NCBI GenBank assembly: GCA_963819655.1
Contig: CAWFXA010000001.1
Span: forward strand, 160,001-224,000
Reading direction: 5' to 3'
DNA length: 64,000 nucleotides
Origin: an uncultured Chloroflexia bacterium
Lineage (GTDB): Bacteria; Chloroflexota; Limnocylindria; Limnocylindrales; CSP1-4
Every line of letters begins with the position of its first letter. Position 1 is the stretch's first letter. The position numbers were made by a program, and so were the translations under genes. Shown in pieces: positions 19,283-28,781 of this stretch. The notes below the pieces were generated by a model, which had not been told where the DNA came from, ran no database searches, and was given only the letters and a program-made list of their open reading frames with translations.

Positions 19283-20511
19283 GCCGCGTCGTCGATGTCG
19301 CGATCGTGGGCGCGGGACCGGCCGGGACCACCCTGGCGGCCGCGCTGGCGAGCCGCGGGATCGAGGTGCTGGTACTCGAGCGCGCGCCGACGTGGCAATG
19401 GCGGGCCGGGGGCGTGTTCACATCGCCGGCCGCCGTGCGGGCTCTCGAGCGGGCCGGGTTGGAGCACGAGGCGCTGGACGCTCTCATGCGACCGATCCCG
19501 GCAATGCGCCTCGAGACACCGGGCGGTGCCGTCGCGCGGCTGACGTACGGCGCGGACCGCGGGGGCCCGTCGGCGGTCGGGTTCGACCGGTCGCGGCTCG
19601 ACCCGGCGCTCGAGGCGCTCGCCCGAGATCGCGGCGTGGCGATCCGCCGGGGTGCGCGGGTCAGTGCCGTCGATCTCGACCCGAACGGGCCCGCGACGTT
19701 GCGCGTCCGCGAGGAGTCGATCCGTGCCCGGATCGTCGTCGGGGCGGACGGCTCGGGCTCGGTCGTCGCTCGCACGGCGGGCGTGGCACGGTCGGCGCGG
19801 TTGCCACGCCGGATCGGGCTGACGTGGCACGTCGTCGACCCGCGACCGGCGGCGGGTGCCGCCGACACCGCATCCGATGCGCGTCTCGCGGTGATCCGGG
19901 ACGGCTATGTCGGGCTGGCGCCCGTGCCAGGTGGGCGGCTCAACATCGGCATCGTGCTCGGGCCGTCCTGGCGCGCTGGGCTTGCCCGGGACGGGGCGGT
20001 GGTCACGACCCGCCGGGCGCTCGCGATGGTCCCGACGACAGGGGACGACCCGATCGCGTGGGTGGACGCGACGCCGTGCGAACGGATCGCGGGCGCGGTC
20101 CCCCTGGGCGGTCGCGTGACACGGCGCGCCGGCCCCGGCTGGTTCCTGGTCGGCGATGCGGCCGGCTTCCTCGACCCGTTCACAGGAGAGGGCCTTCACC
20201 GCGCGCTCGTCTCGACAGAGCTCGCGGCTACGGCGATCCAGTCCGCCCTGGGCCGCTCGGGCAGTCGCACGCCCCGGGCGACGGCGGCAGCCGCGTACGA
20301 CCGCGCGATGCGCCGCCGCTTCGCCTCGAAGGACGCCGTCTCGTGGCTCGTCCAGTCGTTCCTCGCGAGGCCTCGCCTCTTCGAGTACGCGGCACGGCGA
20401 CTCGCCGACCGGCCCAACCTCCGTGCGACCATGGGCCTCGTGATGGGCGATCTCGTCCCGGCCTCGCGAGGCCTCGATCCTCGATTCCTCGTCAGGCTGC
20501 TCGCGCCGTGA
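19279..20511 (+). CDS. FAD-dependent oxidoreductase (GG-reductase/halogenase-like fold)
   Basis: VGAGPAG, VGADG, VGDAAGFLDPFTGEG. Confidence 0.9.
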   Translation: MSRVVDVAIVGAGPAGTTLAAALASRGIEVLVLERAPTWQWRAGGVFTSPAAVRALERAGLEHEALDALMRPIPAMRLETPGGAVARLTYGADRGGPSAVGFDRSRLDPALEALARDRGVAIRRGARVSAVDLDPNGPATLRVREESIRARIVVGADGSGSVVARTAGVARSARLPRRIGLTWHVVDPRPAAGAADTASDARLAVIRDGYVGLAPVPGGRLNIGIVLGPSWRAGLARDGAVVTTRRALAMVPTTGDDPIAWVDATPCERIAGAVPLGGRVTRRAGPGWFLVGDAAGFLDPFTGEGLHRALVSTELAATAIQSALGRSGSRTPRATAAAAYDRAMRRRFASKDAVSWLVQSFLARPRLFEYAARRLADRPNLRATMGLVMGDLVPASRGLDPRFLVRLLAP

Positions 20512-20939
20512 GCGAGGATCGCGTTCGGGTCGCCGCCTATGCGGTCGTGCGCGACGACCAGGGCCGGGTCCTGCTCTGCCACATCAACCCGTCGATCGGC
20601 GTGGGCGACATCTGGACGCTGCCGGGCGGCGGGCTCGACTTCGGTGAGGCGCCCGCGCAGGCCGCACTCCGCGAGCTCGAGGAGGAGACCGGGTTCAGCG
20701 GCGAGATCGACCGGCTCCTCGATGTCGACGACCGGCTGTTCACGAGCGCGGATGGCGGCGAGCGGATGCACGCGATCCGCATCGTCTACGCGGTCCGGCT
20801 CGTGGGCGGCACGCTGCGCGACGAGCCTGATGGCTCGACCGACACGTGCCGCTGGGTCGAGCCCTCGAAGGCAAAGCGGCTCCGCTTGGGCGAACTCGCC
20901 CGACACGCCCTCGAGCGATCGATGCCGGTCGATGCATAG
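20508..20939 (+). CDS. NUDIX hydrolase
   Basis: GGGLDFGEAPAQAALRELEEETG Nudix box; GTGA overlap. Confidence 0.92.
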   Translation: MSEDRVRVAAYAVVRDDQGRVLLCHINPSIGVGDIWTLPGGGLDFGEAPAQAALRELEEETGFSGEIDRLLDVDDRLFTSADGGERMHAIRIVYAVRLVGGTLRDEPDGSTDTCRWVEPSKAKRLRLGELARHALERSMPVDA

Positions 20940-21441
20940 CGACATCGCGATCGACATCGATGCCCCGGCGCCCCTGGTCTTCGCACTCGCCCGGGACGTG
21001 GAACGCTGGGCGACGCTGTTGCCCCACTACGTCCGGTCGCGGGTCGTCGCCCGACGACCCGACGGGGGCGTCGTGGCCGACTTCGTCGCCAGGCGGCCGC
21101 TCCTCCCCGTGCTCGGTCTCGGGCTCCCGGTGACCTGGCGATCCCGAGCGTCGAACGAGCCAGACACGCTCAGACTCTTCTTCGTCCATGTGGCCGGGGC
21201 GACGACAGGGATGAATGTCAGGTGGCGCATCGAGCCGAGTGGTGAGGGCAACGGCGCAGGTTGTCGCGTGACGATCGAGCACGACTTCTCGCCGCGCCTT
21301 CCGGGCTTCGCGCGGTTCGTCGACCGGGCGTTCACCCGACCGATCGCGGGACGCACGCTGGCAACATTCAAGGCCCTCGCCGAGGCGGTCGCGGACGCCG
21401 AACGGTCCGGTCCGCCCGCGACGACGAAAGGAATGGCATGA
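20932..21441 (+). CDS. SRPBCC polyketide cyclase/aromatase-like protein
   Basis: IDAPAPLVFALARDVERW..LLPHY, TGMNVRWRIEP; TcmN-like pattern. Confidence 0.8.
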   Translation: MHSDIAIDIDAPAPLVFALARDVERWATLLPHYVRSRVVARRPDGGVVADFVARRPLLPVLGLGLPVTWRSRASNEPDTLRLFFVHVAGATTGMNVRWRIEPSGEGNGAGCRVTIEHDFSPRLPGFARFVDRAFTRPIAGRTLATFKALAEAVADAERSGPPATTKGMA

Positions 21442-22700
21442 CGAGTCGCCGGCGGATCTGGATCACCGGCATCGGCGTCGTGACGCCGATCGGCACCGGT
21501 GTCGACGCCTTCCGGGCCGGTCTCCGGCGCGCGAAGTCGCAGGTCAAGCGCATCGATCGCTTCGACCCGTCGCCATTCCGGAGCCAGGTCGCGGCCCAGG
21601 TCGATGACTTCGACCCGCTCCAGTGGATGCCGCCGAAGACGGCCCGCCAGCTCGACCGGTTCAGCCAGTTCGGGATGGTCACCGGCCGGCTCGCGCTGGA
21701 CGACGCCGGTCTGCGACCGGGGGATGCCGGCGCACCCGATCCCGAGCGCATCGGCATCTACCTCGGCTCTGCGCTGGGTGGCATCGCGTTCGCGGAGGAG
21801 CAGCACGAGCGATACATGGAAAAGGGCATCCGGCAAGTCGCCCCGACGCTGGCGCTCGCGGTGTTCGGTGGCGCCGCGCCGGCCAATCTCGGCATCGCTC
21901 TCGACGTCCGCGGCCCGATCCTCTCGACGGCGAACTCGTGCGCTTCGGGCGGCGTCGCCCTCGGTGAGGCGCTCGGCGACCTCCGCGAGGGGCGAGTCGA
22001 TGCCGCGATCGCCGGTGGTTCCGAGATACCGCTGTCGCCGCTGGCGTTCGGGGCGTTCGACATCATCCGGGCGCTGTCGGCCGGCTACAACGAGGATCCG
22101 GGCCACGCGGCGCGCCCGTTCGATGCCGGACGGGATGGCTTCGTGATGGGCGAGGGCGCGGCGCTGCTGGTCCTCGAGGAGGCGGAGGCGGCTGAGCGAC
22201 GTGGCGCCACACCCTACGCCGAGGTGCTCGGCTACGGCGCGACGTCCGACGCGTATCACATGGTCCAGCCACGGGCCGATGGTCGCGAAGCGGCGCGTGC
22301 CGCCACGATCGCGCTCGACGACGCGGGAGTCGAGCCCGGAGAGATCGACTACGTCAACGCCCATGCCTCATCGACACCGATCGGGGACATGGCCGAGGCG
22401 CGGGCCATCACGACCGCGCTCGGCGAGCGCGCCGCGACCGTCCCCGTCAGCGGGACGAAGGCGTTGTACGGCCACCCGCTGGGAGCGTCAGGGGCGATCG
22501 AAGCGGCGATCTGCGCACTCGCCATCCGCGACGGCTGGGCGCCCGCCACTGTGAACCTGGTCGAACCGGAGCCCGAGCTGGACGGTCTGCTGCCGGGCTT
22601 GCTGCGGGCCGGTCGGCCGGGCACCTATCGACGGGTGCTGAGCACCTCGTTCGGGTTCGGCGGGCTGAATGCCGCGCTGGTGCTCGGCTCGGTCGACTGA
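21438..22700 (+). CDS. Beta-ketoacyl-ACP synthase (FabF/KS-alpha-like)
   Basis: ITGIGVVTPIG, NSCASG (Cys), NAHASST and KALYGHPLG (His, His), SFGFGG.NA. Confidence 0.92.
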   Translation: MTSRRRIWITGIGVVTPIGTGVDAFRAGLRRAKSQVKRIDRFDPSPFRSQVAAQVDDFDPLQWMPPKTARQLDRFSQFGMVTGRLALDDAGLRPGDAGAPDPERIGIYLGSALGGIAFAEEQHERYMEKGIRQVAPTLALAVFGGAAPANLGIALDVRGPILSTANSCASGGVALGEALGDLREGRVDAAIAGGSEIPLSPLAFGAFDIIRALSAGYNEDPGHAARPFDAGRDGFVMGEGAALLVLEEAEAAERRGATPYAEVLGYGATSDAYHMVQPRADGREAARAATIALDDAGVEPGEIDYVNAHASSTPIGDMAEARAITTALGERAATVPVSGTKALYGHPLGASGAIEAAICALAIRDGWAPATVNLVEPEPELDGLLPGLLRAGRPGTYRRVLSTSFGFGGLNAALVLGSVD

Positions 22701-24019
22701 GCGAACGCCGGGGCCTCGGCTGTCGGGGGCACGACGGCCCGCGTCCCCTCGGCACCCGCCGTGGGGGAATGCCTGATCCGCCGCCACCAGACGAGCGCGA
22801 CCACGCCGGTCAGCAGCGACAGGGCGCCACCGATGGCGATCGCCTCGAGGATGCCGATCGAGGACGCCAGGACGCCCATGAGCAGACCGCCGATCGGCAT
22901 CGACGCCGAGAAGACCGTGGTGTAGACGCTCATCACCCGCCCGCGTAGGCCGTCCGGGACGGCGAGCTGGATCGTCGCGTTCGCCGTCGCCGCCATCACG
23001 ATGCCGCCGGCACCGACCGGCACCATGAGTAGCAGCGACAGCGGGTACGACGTCGACGTCGCGAGCAGCAACGACGCGACCCCGAGCACGATCGCGCCGA
23101 GCGCGATGCGGATCGGTCGCGGCTTGCCGGAGAGCACGAGCCCGATCGCCGCCGCCAACGCACCCAACCCCGACGCCGCCATCAGGAAGCCGAACCCGGT
23201 GGCGTCGCTGCCGAGCGCGTCCTGGGCGAGCGGCGGGATCACGACCTGGAAGTTCATGCCGAAGGTGGCGGTCAACCCGACCGTCGTCACCGCCATCAGC
23301 ACGATCGGGGTCTTCCGCACGAACTGCAGGCCCTCGGCCAGGTTCTCCATCACCGCGCCGACCGACCGTGGGCGCGGGATGAGCCTGGGTCGATGGAGCT
23401 CATGGTCACGCATCACCGACAGCGAGACGATGACCGCCAGGAAACTCAGGGCGTTGAGCGCGAAAGCCGTAGCCATGCCGAAAGCCCCGATCGTCAGGCC
23501 GGCGACCGCGGGACCGATCACCCGGGCGCCGTTGAACATCGCGGAGTTGATCGCCACGGCGTTGCCCACATCGCGTGCGCCGACCATCTCGATCGCGAAC
23601 GCCTGGCGAACGGGCATGTCGACCGCATTCGCACAGCCGAGGAGCAGGGCGAGCACGATGATCATCCAGACCTCGACGACGCCGGTCAGCGTCAGCACGG
23701 TCAGGACGATCGCGAGCAGCATCATCACGACCTGCACGGCAAGCAGCGTCTGCCGCTTGGGCAGGACGTCGGCGAGCACGCCGGCGAACAGCCCGAGCAC
23801 CATGACCGGCAGGAACTGCGCGCCGGCGACCACCCCGAGCCAGAACGGATCGCCGGTCAGCGTCAGGACGAGCCAGCCCTGCGCGACCTGCTGGACCCAG
23901 GTCCCGATGAGGGATATGGCCTGACCGACGAAGAACAGCCGATAGTTGCGGTGCCAGAAGGCCGACGCGGCGTCGGCTCGCGCCATCCGGCGCGGGTGCA
24001 GACCCGAGAGGTCGGTCAC
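22625..24019 (-). CDS. MFS transporter (MFS_3 / H+ antiporter-like)
   Basis: HRNYRLFFVGQAISLIGTW.QQVAQGWLV, GVLAD..PKR, LRGRVMSVY. Confidence 0.9.
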   Translation of the reverse strand: MTDLSGLHPRRMARADAASAFWHRNYRLFFVGQAISLIGTWVQQVAQGWLVLTLTGDPFWLGVVAGAQFLPVMVLGLFAGVLADVLPKRQTLLAVQVVMMLLAIVLTVLTLTGVVEVWMIIVLALLLGCANAVDMPVRQAFAIEMVGARDVGNAVAINSAMFNGARVIGPAVAGLTIGAFGMATAFALNALSFLAVIVSLSVMRDHELHRPRLIPRPRSVGAVMENLAEGLQFVRKTPIVLMAVTTVGLTATFGMNFQVVIPPLAQDALGSDATGFGFLMAASGLGALAAAIGLVLSGKPRPIRIALGAIVLGVASLLLATSTSYPLSLLLMVPVGAGGIVMAATANATIQLAVPDGLRGRVMSVYTTVFSASMPIGGLLMGVLASSIGILEAIAIGGALSLLTGVVALVWWRRIRHSPTAGAEGTRAVVPPTAEAPAFAQSTEPSTSAAFSPPNPNEVLSTRR

Positions 24020-24513
24020 GGGCGCGTGGTCCGGTCGGGATGCGGGGCGGGTCCGCCGTCGAGCTCCGCGAGGTGTCCGTCCAGGTGAGCGCGGCGGGCA
24101 CGGGCGGCCTCGACCATGGCGCCCAGGCGCTCGGCCTTCGATTCGAGCGTCTGGATCTGCCGCTCGACGCGGCTCCGGGCATCCTCGAGGATCGCGCGAC
24201 GCTCCCCGGGGTCCTGCGTGGCGCGGAATCGCTCCCGGTTGCGCTCGCGGGCCGCCTCGTCCTCGAGCAGCTGGCCGATCTGGGCGAGCGAGAAGCCCGC
24301 GTCATCGCGCAACTCCTTGATCGTGCGGAGGCGCTCCAGGTCCGAGGCGTCGTACAGGCGATACGCGCCACCCGATCGTGCGGCGGGCTCGAGGAGCCCG
24401 ACTTCTTCGTAGTAACGGATCGCGCGGCTCGTCAGCCCCGTCTCGGCGGCGACGTCCTGGATCTTGAGGAGCGTGCTCTCATGCGGCGGCGCGGTGGTGG
24501 TCTTGGTGGGCAT
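24016..24513 (-). CDS. MerR family transcriptional regulator
   Basis: IQDVAAETGLTSRAIRYYEEVGLLEP..RSGGAYRLY; TATCAT 7 nt upstream of ATG. Confidence 0.93.
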   Translation of the reverse strand: MPTKTTTAPPHESTLLKIQDVAAETGLTSRAIRYYEEVGLLEPAARSGGAYRLYDASDLERLRTIKELRDDAGFSLAQIGQLLEDEAARERNRERFRATQDPGERRAILEDARSRVERQIQTLESKAERLGAMVEAARARRAHLDGHLAELDGGPAPHPDRTTRP

Positions 24514-24531
24514 CCGATCGATGATACCACA

Positions 24532-24553
24532 ACCTTGACGTTCACGTTAAGGT
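24532..24553. promoter_or_regulatory. MerR-type operator palindrome
   Basis: accttgacgt-tc-acgttaaggt (9/10 symmetric) directly upstream of the merR-family -10. Confidence 0.75.
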
Positions 24554-24943
24554 CAGCGCCGGCGGGGCGCGCCCAGAGCGCCTCGCGCGGCGCACCGCCC
24601 GGTTACCAGGCCCGATTCTGCTGGGAGCAGATGATTCTGCTCATCGCCTCCCACAAGGGCCCGCCGAGGCAACGATCGTGCGGGTGAGGACGCCATCCGT
24701 GCACGGATCGCGACTCCGGTGCCGGCTTATGGCCGCCGATGCCCAGATTCCTCTTGTCCCATCAGAAACTGGAGCAAGTTCAGTCATCGAGCGCGCCGAA
24801 GTCAGGCTTACGCAGGTCGCCAGGATCTGCGACCAACGAGATCGTGACCGCGTCCTGCGACCCATTCGGGAACGATTCGCCCGCCCAACCCGCCAATACA
24901 CTCCAGACGCGACCAGACCGGCCGTGCGAAAACCGAGGGCGAC

Positions 24944-25501
24944 GTGGAGCGAGACCTCGTGGAGCGAGCACGGAAGGGCGATCATGACGCCTTTGCGCTG
25001 CTGGCAGGCGCCACGATCGGTCGGCTGGACGCCGCGGCTCGGCTCATCCTGCGGGATCCGTACCGTGCCGAGGACGCCGTCCAGGAGACGCTCGTCCGCT
25101 GCTGGCGGGACCTGCCCACCCTGCGCGATCCCGATCGCTTCGATGCCTGGCTTCACCGGATCTTTCTAAACGCCTGCCGCGATCAGCTCCGGGTCGCCAA
25201 GCGCAGGAGCATCGAGGTCGAGCTTCCCGAGATCCATCCTCTCTCGGTGCCTGACTCCCAATCGGCCACGGCCGACCGGGACCTCATCGAGCGTGGCGTC
25301 CGTCACCTCGACGCCGACCAGCGCACCGTGATCGTCCTTCACTACTACCTTGGCCTGCCGCTGCCCGATGCCGCCTCAGCGATGGGGATCCCGCTCGGGA
25401 CCGCGAAGTCACGACTCCATCGGGCGACCCAGGCGCTCCGAGCCGCTCTCGACTCGGATGCCCGGGCCGCCCGGCCGATGGCGGAGGGAGGGTCCAGATG
25501 A
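24944..25501 (+). CDS. ECF RNA polymerase sigma factor
   Basis: AEDAVQETL, RFDAWLHRI..NAC.D, region 4 GIPLGTAKSRLHRA. Confidence 0.93.
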   Translation: MERDLVERARKGDHDAFALLAGATIGRLDAAARLILRDPYRAEDAVQETLVRCWRDLPTLRDPDRFDAWLHRIFLNACRDQLRVAKRRSIEVELPEIHPLSVPDSQSATADRDLIERGVRHLDADQRTVIVLHYYLGLPLPDAASAMGIPLGTAKSRLHRATQALRAALDSDARAARPMAEGGSR

Positions 25502-26859
25502 CGCATCGCGACGATCTCGACCGCCTCCTCTCCGTGTGGCTCGACGATCCGTACACGCCGCCCGCTCCGCACTACCTCGGACGCGTTCTGGAGCGGACCC
25601 GGCACACCCGGCAGCGAGCGGCCTGGGCCAGCCTCGAAAGGTGGATTCCCATGGCTGACAAAGTCCTCCAACCGACGACGGCACGGCCTCTGCGGATGGC
25701 CTGGCTCCTGATCCTCGCGTTGATCGTGCTGGCCGTCGCTGCCGTTGTTGCGGTCGTGGGGTCTCGACTCCTCGCGCCGACTCCTGTCATACCCCAAGGC
25801 GGCTCTGCCGTCTTCGTGTACGGCACGATCGTCGGTGACGCCGGCGGCGACATCTATCTCGCGCGAGCGGACGGCACTGATGTACGCCGGCTCACAAGCG
25901 GGCCCGGGCTCGAATCCACCCCAACGTGGTCGCCCGATGGCACGCGCATCGCCTACCGCGCCTGGGAGGGCGGGACCGATTCCATCGTCGTCATGGACGG
26001 TGGCGGCGGAAACTCGACGACACTGGCCACGACCCCTGCGTCCGCGTCGTACTGCGCGCGAGGCGACCTTACATGGTCGCCGGACGGCACGAGTCTCGTC
26101 TTCCAGACCAGCCCGGTGTGCGACATGACCTTTGAGCTTTTCATCGTGCCGACCGACGGGTCGTCAGCGGCGAAGAGGCTGCTGGTTCCGGGTCTGGAGA
26201 GCCGTTCAGCCGACTGGTCGCCCGACGGGAAGCGCATCGCCTTCCTGGGGAGGGATGCGGCCGGTAGCGTCGGCCACTACGTTGTCGATGCAGGCGATGC
26301 CCTGGGAGGCGGGCTTCAGGCACGTCGGATCCTGGCCGCGCGCGGCGTTGATTTTCCTAACGCCGCGGGAGCCTGGTGGTCGCCCGACGGGACCGAGCTC
26401 GCGCTCGCCTCCGACACGGGGGACATCGTCGTGGTCAAACCCGATGGCTCGGAGCCGCGGGTCGTTGCCGAAACAGCCTTCAATCCCGCGTGGTCACCCG
26501 ACGGGCGACGGCTTGCCTTCCACCGTACCGTCGACCCCTCGGAGTACTTCGAGGGTGTGGCATGTACCGCTCGCACCTGGGTCGTCGACGCAGACGGCAC
26601 CAACGAACGTCGGCTCGATCCGTTGGTGTTGGGTTGTGGAGGGGCGCCGGTGTGGTCGCCCGACGGGACGCGACTCGCGAGTCTTCTGATCGTGCCGACA
26701 CCGGATGACCCGAATCTCGGGTTGCACTACGGGGTGGTCACCGTCGACGGTAGCGATCCACAGGTAGCCCTTCAGGATGGTGGTGCCGGATCCTGGCAGC
26801 CCGTCGTCGCGCCGATCCCACCGGCGCCCTCGTCTGGGGCGGCCGCCCCGAGCGAGTGA
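25498..26859 (+). CDS. Putative anti-sigma factor with TM helix and TolB-like (PD40) beta-propeller
   Basis: Coupled to ECF gene; short cytoplasmic N-terminus, TM (WLLILALIVLAVAAVV), six WSPDG repeats. Confidence 0.8.
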   Translation: MTHRDDLDRLLSVWLDDPYTPPAPHYLGRVLERTRHTRQRAAWASLERWIPMADKVLQPTTARPLRMAWLLILALIVLAVAAVVAVVGSRLLAPTPVIPQGGSAVFVYGTIVGDAGGDIYLARADGTDVRRLTSGPGLESTPTWSPDGTRIAYRAWEGGTDSIVVMDGGGGNSTTLATTPASASYCARGDLTWSPDGTSLVFQTSPVCDMTFELFIVPTDGSSAAKRLLVPGLESRSADWSPDGKRIAFLGRDAAGSVGHYVVDAGDALGGGLQARRILAARGVDFPNAAGAWWSPDGTELALASDTGDIVVVKPDGSEPRVVAETAFNPAWSPDGRRLAFHRTVDPSEYFEGVACTARTWVVDADGTNERRLDPLVLGCGGAPVWSPDGTRLASLLIVPTPDDPNLGLHYGVVTVDGSDPQVALQDGGAGSWQPVVAPIPPAPSSGAAAPSE

Positions 26860-26867
26860 CACTGACC

Positions 26868-26898
26868 CGATGACCCCGGCCTCCGGCTGGGGTCATCG
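26868..26898. terminator. Hairpin between convergent anti-sigma and deoC genes
   Basis: cgatgaccccggcc-tcc-ggctggggtcatcg. Confidence 0.7.
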
Positions 26899-26902
26899 CC
26901 AT

Positions 26903-27895
26903 TCAGTCGATCGTGAAGTGGTCCGGGTCCTGGTAGCGCCCTGTCCGCTGGAACTCGATCTGCATCAGCACGTCGTTGAGCAACGACGACGCCCCGAAGC
27001 GGAACCAGTCCGGGCTCATCCAGCGCGGACCCAGCGTCTCGTACAGGATCACCAGGTACTGGATCGCTTCCTTGGCGGTCCGGATGCCGCCGGCCGGCTT
27101 GATCCCGACCTGACGCCCCGTCGCCCGCTCGAAGTCGCGGACCGCCTCGAGCATGACCAGCGTCACCGGCATCGTGGCGGCCGGCGTGACCTTGCCGGTC
27201 GATGTCTTGATGAAGTCGGCACCGGCCGCCATGGCCAGGATCGATGCTCGCCGGACGTTGTCATAGGTCTCCAGCTCGCCGGTCTCGAGGATGACCTTGA
27301 GGTGCGCGTCACCCGAGGCCTCCTTGACCTCGACGATCTCCTCGAACACGCCGGCGTAGTCGCCGGCCAGGAACGCTCCGCGGTCGATGACCATATCGAT
27401 CTCGTCGGCGCCCGCTTCGACCGCGGCCCGCGTCTCGGCCAGCTTGATGTCGCGGAAGGTCTGGCCGCTGGGGAACCCGGTCGCGACACTGGCGACCTTC
27501 ACGCCGCTCCCCTTGAGCGCGTCCTTGGCCTCGGCGACCAAGGCCGGATAGACGCAGATCGCCGCGACCGACGGGATCGTCGGGTCGCCGGGCTTCGGAT
27601 GCATGCCCTTGACGCACAGCGCCCGCACCTTGCCGGGGGTGTCCTTCCCCTCGAGCGTCGTGAGGTCCATCATCCGGATCGCCAGGTCGAGCGCCCACAG
27701 CTTCGACGCCTTCTTGATCGACCGTCGTTTGAGCGCGTCGACGCGCGCCTCGACGCCCACCTGGTCGACGGTGCTGACGCGTCCGAGCAGGCTGCCCAGC
27801 GGATCGCCGATCGAGCGAGAGCGCCCATCCCACGCACGGATGAGCTCGTTGGCGCGCTGGCGTGCGAGCGTCTCGGGTCGCTTCGTGGCGGTCAT
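26903..27895 (-). CDS. deoC: Deoxyribose-phosphate aldolase
   Basis: MDLTTLEG, GADEIDMV, LKVILETGEL, FIKTSTGK, KPAGGIR, RFGASSLL. Confidence 0.96.
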   Translation of the reverse strand: MTATKRPETLARQRANELIRAWDGRSRSIGDPLGSLLGRVSTVDQVGVEARVDALKRRSIKKASKLWALDLAIRMMDLTTLEGKDTPGKVRALCVKGMHPKPGDPTIPSVAAICVYPALVAEAKDALKGSGVKVASVATGFPSGQTFRDIKLAETRAAVEAGADEIDMVIDRGAFLAGDYAGVFEEIVEVKEASGDAHLKVILETGELETYDNVRRASILAMAAGADFIKTSTGKVTPAATMPVTLVMLEAVRDFERATGRQVGIKPAGGIRTAKEAIQYLVILYETLGPRWMSPDWFRFGASSLLNDVLMQIEFQRTGRYQDPDHFTID

Positions 27896-28008
27896 GGGAC
27901 GGAGAGGATACCGCTAACCGCGCGGGGCACCAGGGGGGCCGCGGCCGCGGCCCGGCCGAGCGCGCGCTGCCGCTCGCTGGTCGCTCGGGTCTACCATCGA
28001 CCCGGACG

Positions 28009-28755
28009 ATGACCGACCAGCTCTCGCTCCCGCTCGACGCCACCGCGGATCGGCTGCCCGATCTGCCCGAGCTCCGCCCGATGCTGGCCCGGCCGCTCTC
28101 GGACGCCTTCGATTCGGATCAGCACCTGTTCGAGCCGTGGTGGGGAGGGACCCGCGCGCTGATCTCGATCGGACCGGGCGATCGGCCGGGCGAAGGGGAC
28201 GTGCGGGTCGTCGATGCTGACGACATCGACCGGACCGCGTCACTCCCCGAGCTGGCCGGCACGGCCGTCCGTGTCGCGGCGCGGTCGGCGATCCTCGACG
28301 GCGAGCTTGTCGTCGTCGATGCCCACGGACGGGCAGATACGGCCGCACTCGAGCAGCGCCTCGACGGCAAGGCCGGTCGGCCTGTTGCGTTCCTCGCGTT
28401 CGACCTCCTTCACCTGGACGGGCGGTCGCTGCTCGGACAGCCGCTCGTCCGACGACGCGAGGCGCTGAAGCGGATCCTTCGGCCGGGCGACGAAGTAGTT
28501 GCCGTCCCGGCGATCGCGACGGAGGGGCGTGCGCTGTTCGACGCGATCCTGGCCCAGGGCCTCGCCGGCATGATGGCCCGCCAGCGGCAGGGGCCTTACC
28601 TCCCCGGTCTGCGGAGTCGGTTGTGGCGGTTCATCCCCGCGGTCGCCGGATCGGTCCCTGCGTCGGACCTCGCGGATGCGCCGGAGGAGCCAACCTCGGC
28701 GACCGCGCCGGTCCTCGCCATGCTCAGTCGTCTACCCCTCGAAGAGGAGGCGTGA
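28009..28755 (+). CDS. Degenerate ATP-dependent DNA ligase adenylation-domain protein
   Basis: PMLA, ILDGELVV and FLAFDLL retained; motif I reads FEPWWGG instead of EPKxDG; no OB domain. Confidence 0.8.
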   Translation: MTDQLSLPLDATADRLPDLPELRPMLARPLSDAFDSDQHLFEPWWGGTRALISIGPGDRPGEGDVRVVDADDIDRTASLPELAGTAVRVAARSAILDGELVVVDAHGRADTAALEQRLDGKAGRPVAFLAFDLLHLDGRSLLGQPLVRRREALKRILRPGDEVVAVPAIATEGRALFDAILAQGLAGMMARQRQGPYLPGLRSRLWRFIPAVAGSVPASDLADAPEEPTSATAPVLAMLSRLPLEEEA

Positions 28756-28781
28756 GCGCGCGCGCCTCCGTGGGGCCGCGG

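Noticed and set aside
22625-22700. 76-bp convergent overlap of the KS and MFS genes as antisense regulation
   Set aside because: A low-complexity MFS tail running on in GC-rich DNA is a sufficient explanation; no further support
28009-28755. Functional NHEJ ligase (LigD/LigC)
   Set aside because: Catalytic Lys absent, no OB domain, and no Ku or polymerase domain in the window
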